Positions 60,161 to 64,000 of a stretch of DNA of 64,000 bases are shown in pieces. The number at the start of each line of letters is the position of its first letter. Within the stretch, counting starts at the first letter, position 1. Both the position numbers and the translations under genes were made by a program. The notes beneath the pieces are model-generated. The model was not told where the DNA came from and did no database searches. It saw nothing but the letters and a program-made list of their open reading frames with translations. The DNA is from Spirochaetia bacterium (GTDB taxonomy: Bacteria > Spirochaetota > Spirochaetia > SZUA-6 > Bin103), in assembly GCA_965203515.1 (NCBI GenBank), contig OZ241907.1, forward strand, positions 2,048,001 to 2,112,000. Reading direction: 5' to 3'.

Positions 60161-60366
60161 CGTTCTCATCCCCTTGCGCTGACCCGGCAGTGCCGGCGCC
60201 GGCATAGTATAGCGGCGTGACCGCGCAACGAGTAGCCGACGCGTTCGCACGACGCGGCGGCCGAAGTTTGGGCCGTGCGACATTCCTGCGACATTGCTTC
60301 CGCATGCTTCGTGGCGACGAGGCGTTGAGCCTCGAAGAACGACGACGCTCCACGAGGAGGAGAACG

Positions 60367-60888
60367 ATGACCGACCATTCATGGATCAGGTCTTCCCTGA
60401 GGAACACGCTCATGACGGCGCTGCTGATCGGCTTCATGGGGGCGGCCGCGATCGGCGGTTGCGCCGGCACCGCGGAGGCGGGCAGCGGCGAGCATGCAGC
60501 CGGCGGCGAGGAGTCCGGGACCCTCTTGACGCTGGACCAGACCTACGACGCGGTCCGCGCCGGCGCCCGGCTCATCCTGCGCTACGACCGGGAGGCCAAC
60601 GCCTTCGCCGGCACGGTGGAGAACACCACCGGCGGCACGCTGCCGTCGGTCCGGGTGGAAGTTCACCTGTCCAACGGCACGGAGCTCGGTCCCACGACGC
60701 CGGTCGACCTGGCGCCCGGCCAGAAGATCCCGGTGCGGCTGCAGGCAACGACCGCGGCGTTCACCGGCTGGACCGCCCACCCGGAAGTCGGCTCCGAACA
60801 GGGAGCGGCGGGCGAACACGGCTCGGAGGGCGAACGAGGCGGCGAACACGGCTCGGGACGCGAACGGGGCGGCGAACACGGCGGCTGA
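60367..60888 (+). CDS. Putative lipoprotein with a small beta-sandwich domain and a GEHG-repeat tail
   Basis: GAGGAGG RBS, lipobox IGGC, GTVENTT..VRVEVHL, 30-bp repeats at 60811-60882. Confidence 0.75.
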   Translation: MTDHSWIRSSLRNTLMTALLIGFMGAAAIGGCAGTAEAGSGEHAAGGEESGTLLTLDQTYDAVRAGARLILRYDREANAFAGTVENTTGGTLPSVRVEVHLSNGTELGPTTPVDLAPGQKIPVRLQATTAAFTGWTAHPEVGSEQGAAGEHGSEGERGGEHGSGRERGGEHGG

Positions 60889-60982
60889 GGCCGCCTGACC
60901 GGACGCCGGTGTGCGCGGGGCTCGAATCAACGGGACGCCGCGTCCGCGTCAGCCGCCGCATCGCTCCGGTGAGTGAGGCATC

Positions 60983-61663
60983 ATGACGAGGCGCACGATT
61001 CTGATCGTCGAAGACGAGCCGCGGATCGCCCACTGGCTCAAGATCCATTTCGAACGCGCCGGGTTCAGCGCCGAAGTCGCCGGCGACGGACGCGCCGGCA
61101 TCGCCCTTGCCCGCTCGCACTGCCCTCACCTGATCGTGCTCGATCTGATGCTGCCGCGCCTCGACGGGATGCAGGTGTGCCGCATCCTGCGCCGCGAATC
61201 GGCCGTACCGATCATCATGCTCACGGCCCGCGAAGCCCACGCCGATCGCATCGCCGGCCTGGACGGCGGCGCCGATGACTACGTGGTCAAACCGTTCGAC
61301 CCCGACGAGGTAGTGGCGCGGGCCAAGGCGGTGTTGCGGCGCGTCGATGACCACGTGCAACCGGTCCTGAGGCGCGGCGCCATCACGATCGACGACGCCA
61401 CGCGGCAGGCGACCGTCGACGGACGGCCGATCGACCTGAGCCGCGCGCAGTACGCGCTGCTCTCCGCGTTCATGCGCCATCCGAATCAGGTCCTCACCCG
61501 CGAGCAACTCATCACGCTGGCCTTCGACGACGACTTCGACGCCTATGACCGCGCCATCGACAACCACGTGCTCCGACTCCGCAAGCTGCTCGGGAGAGAC
61601 GGGAAGCAGCCGATCCGGACGGTGTACGGCTCCGGCTACCGATTCGTCCCGGAGCGTTCGTGA
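60983..61663 (+). CDS. OmpR-family response regulator
   Basis: ILIVEDE, LDLMLP, GADDYVVKPF, RTVYGSGY. Confidence 0.95.
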   Translation: MTRRTILIVEDEPRIAHWLKIHFERAGFSAEVAGDGRAGIALARSHCPHLIVLDLMLPRLDGMQVCRILRRESAVPIIMLTAREAHADRIAGLDGGADDYVVKPFDPDEVVARAKAVLRRVDDHVQPVLRRGAITIDDATRQATVDGRPIDLSRAQYALLSAFMRHPNQVLTREQLITLAFDDDFDAYDRAIDNHVLRLRKLLGRDGKQPIRTVYGSGYRFVPERS

Positions 61664-63120
61664 ACGGATTCGCCGCGTCGCTGCACGGCCGCATCCTGCG
61701 CGCGTTCGCGCTCATCGTGGTCCTTGCGGTAGCGCTCGGCGTCGGCGTCGCGTACTACGTCACCCAGAGCCAGATGGCGGGGTTCGTCGATGAACTGATC
61801 GCCGTCGAAGCGGAGATCGTGGCGCGCAGCCTGAGCCGCGCCTACGCCGCTGCCGGCGGCTGGACGACGGCGGACCGGGTGCTGGCGGATGCCGGCTATC
61901 GCTACGATGCGGAAGAGGAGGGACACGAAGGCAGCGGTGAACGGGAGGAACGCGGCTCCGAGACCGTGCACGTCGAGCGCGTCCGCATCGTCGTCGTCGA
62001 CCGTGACGGTCTGGTGGTGCATGACAACCTGTCCCGGCTGCGGCCGGGGGCGCCGGCGCCGGCGTTGGGCGGAGAGCGGGTCGCCGTGCTCGACGGGGAG
62101 GCCGGCCGGCCGGCCGGCGCCGTCTACGTCGACGTGGAGCGCGCGTTTCTGGCGACCGAATCGCATGGACTGCTGCGCCGCATCCTGACCACGACGACGC
62201 TGGGCGGCGCGCTGATCGCCGCCGCGGCGCTGGCGTTGGCGGCCTGGACCTCGAGCCGCATCACGGCGCCGGTCACGCGCCTGACGGAAGCCGCCCGGAC
62301 CGTCGCGCGGCAAGGCGGCAGCGCCCTCCTGCCGATCACCTCAGCCGACGAACTGGGACAGATGAGCGCCGCGTTCAATCGCATGACCAACGCCCTGCGC
62401 ACCCAACGCGACCTGCGCCGGCGGCTGATCGACGATCTGTCCCATGAGCTGAACACGCCGCTGAGCGTCATCCGCCTGGAAGCCAAAGGGCTGCTCGACG
62501 GCTTGCAGAAGCCGGCCGCCGCGGCGGACCGAATCGTTCAGGAGGTGACGATGCTGCGCAACCTGGTGCGCGATCTGAACTGGCTGGCGGAAACCGATTC
62601 GGGCGAGTTGCCGCTCAACCGGGAGCCGTGCTCGTTCTCCCCGCTGCTCGGCGCCGAGGTGCGGCGGTGGCAGCCGCAGGCCCGGATGCGCGGGATCGAT
62701 CTGTCGTTCCGGTCGCAGTCGGGATTGCCGGCGCTCGGTCTGGATCGGATGCGCATGAGCCAAGCGCTGGGCAACGTGGTGCACAACGCGCTGCAACATA
62801 CTGGAGCAGGAGGCCGGATCGCGGTCGCGGCAGCCCTGGAGACCGACGGACGGGTGGCGGTCACCGTGTCGGACGACGGCGCCGGGATCGACGCGGCCGA
62901 TCTGCCCCGTCTGTTCGACCGCCTGTACCGCGCGGACGAATCCCGCTCCCGCCGCAGCGGGGCCGCGGGCCTCGGGCTGGCGATCGCGCGCGCCATAATC
63001 ACCGCGCACGGGGGAACGATCCGGGTGACCAGCGCCGGCAAGGGGCAAGGAACCACGGTGCGGTTCCGCCTGCCGACGGACGGCGCTACGACGCCGGGCG
63101 CGGATCAGCCGCGCAGATAG
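61660..63120 (+). CDS. HAMP-domain sensor histidine kinase
   Basis: Two TMs, HAMP, SHELNTPL, NVVHNA, DDGAG, GLGLAI. Confidence 0.95.
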   Translation: MNGFAASLHGRILRAFALIVVLAVALGVGVAYYVTQSQMAGFVDELIAVEAEIVARSLSRAYAAAGGWTTADRVLADAGYRYDAEEEGHEGSGEREERGSETVHVERVRIVVVDRDGLVVHDNLSRLRPGAPAPALGGERVAVLDGEAGRPAGAVYVDVERAFLATESHGLLRRILTTTTLGGALIAAAALALAAWTSSRITAPVTRLTEAARTVARQGGSALLPITSADELGQMSAAFNRMTNALRTQRDLRRRLIDDLSHELNTPLSVIRLEAKGLLDGLQKPAAAADRIVQEVTMLRNLVRDLNWLAETDSGELPLNREPCSFSPLLGAEVRRWQPQARMRGIDLSFRSQSGLPALGLDRMRMSQALGNVVHNALQHTGAGGRIAVAAALETDGRVAVTVSDDGAGIDAADLPRLFDRLYRADESRSRRSGAAGLGLAIARAIITAHGGTIRVTSAGKGQGTTVRFRLPTDGATTPGADQPRR

Positions 63121-64000
63121 CCGGCCACGTCGATCGGCGCGCCGCCGCGCCGGGCCGACTCCCAGCCGGCCAGCACCGGCGCCAGCGTGCGGAGACCGTC
63201 ATGATAGTCGTTCAGGAGCGCGCTGCCGTCGCCGGTTCGGACCGCTTCGCAGAAGCGGCGGTCGAGCTCGAACCACGGATTGAAGTCCTGCGCCTCGTAC
63301 ACCGTGCGGCCGTTCATCTCGATGCGCTCGTAGCCGTGCACGCCGAGATAGCCGCCCTCGAAGCAGATCAGGAAATAGGGCTCGCCGGCGGGACCGCCGG
63401 AACCGGCGCAGACGAACGTCACGGTCATGGTCGCGCCGCCGGTCATGGCGAAGTTGCACGACGCCGACAGCGGCGTCCGGTACGGCGGGCGCTCGGCCAT
63501 GAACGCCTGCGCGGTCGTGACGTCCAGGCCGCTCATGAACCGGCAGTAGTCGACGGCGTGCGGTCCCCAGTCGAAGAAGGCCGATCCGTAGCTGCTCAGG
63601 TACGGATCGGCGGCATCCTGCGCCGGCAGCTCGCGGAAGCTCTGGAAGCGGAGGTGGACGATCCGCTTGCCGGCGAGCAGCCGCCGCGCCTCCCGGAAGA
63701 TCGGCCGATAGCGCTCGCGGAAGCCGACGGTCGACAGCACGCCCCCGCGGCGCACCGCCGCGTCGATCCGGCGCGCGGTCTCCATCTCGGTCGCCTGCGG
63801 CTTCTCGCTGAACAGGTGGATGCCGCGCTCGGCGGCGGTCGCCTCCACGTCGCCCCGCGCGGCGGCCGGCACGATCGACCAGAGCGCGTCGAGCGCTTCG
63901 CCGTCCAGCATCGCCATGCCGTCGGTGTACACGCCGGGAACGTCGAAGCGCGCGGCCGTGTCGCGCGCCGCCTGCGGGTCGACGTCGCAGACCGCCACCA
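63105..64000 (-). CDS. Gfo/Idh/MocA oxidoreductase, 5' truncated by the window edge
   Basis: AVCDVD, SEKP, GFRERY, DWGPHAVD. Confidence 0.85.
   Translation of the reverse strand, partial: VAVCDVDPQAARDTAARFDVPGVYTDGMAMLDGEALDALWSIVPAAARGDVEATAAERGIHLFSEKPQATEMETARRIDAAVRRGGVLSTVGFRERYRPIFREARRLLAGKRIVHLRFQSFRELPAQDAADPYLSSYGSAFFDWGPHAVDYCRFMSGLDVTTAQAFMAERPPYRTPLSASCNFAMTGGATMTVTFVCAGSGGPAGEPYFLICFEGGYLGVHGYERIEMNGRTVYEAQDFNPWFELDRRFCEAVRTGDGSALLNDYHDGLRTLAPVLAGWESARRGGAPIDVAGYLRG

Overview
High-GC bacterial window. Spirochaete-style solute-binding leaders and an internalin-like LRR N-cap hint at a host-associated, possibly sponge-symbiont, lineage (inference only). The window has two parts. 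(1) About 3.1-19.1 kb is a decaying accessory island. It holds a poly-C LRR surface-protein gene cut by an internally deleted IS21, a peptide ABC permease split by an intact IS3, further IS3 and ExeA-type remnants, and a broken low-GC YcaO/ABC-2 RiPP cluster with an ISL3 insertion. It also holds a truncated type III-like Mod methyltransferase with a low-GC target recognition domain, a coupled membrane-protein pair, a frameshifted Rpn nuclease with an intact internal RpnS start, and an intact operon of a proteasome-beta-like Ntn peptidase, an antitoxin and a RelE toxin. That three-gene operon is the best candidate for an undescribed system. (2) The rest is intact metabolic DNA: glnE with a degenerate C-terminal catalytic domain, sugar and peptide ABC transporters, a crtY-crtT-crtU-crtV aryl-carotenoid operon, GGT, oxidoreductases, an atypical transketolase, glpD, a DUF1828 two-gene insert, a 500-bp tandem duplication of a zinc-ribbon gene, and a His-rich lipoprotein next to a two-component system. 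All family calls come from motif recognition by eye; no database search was run.
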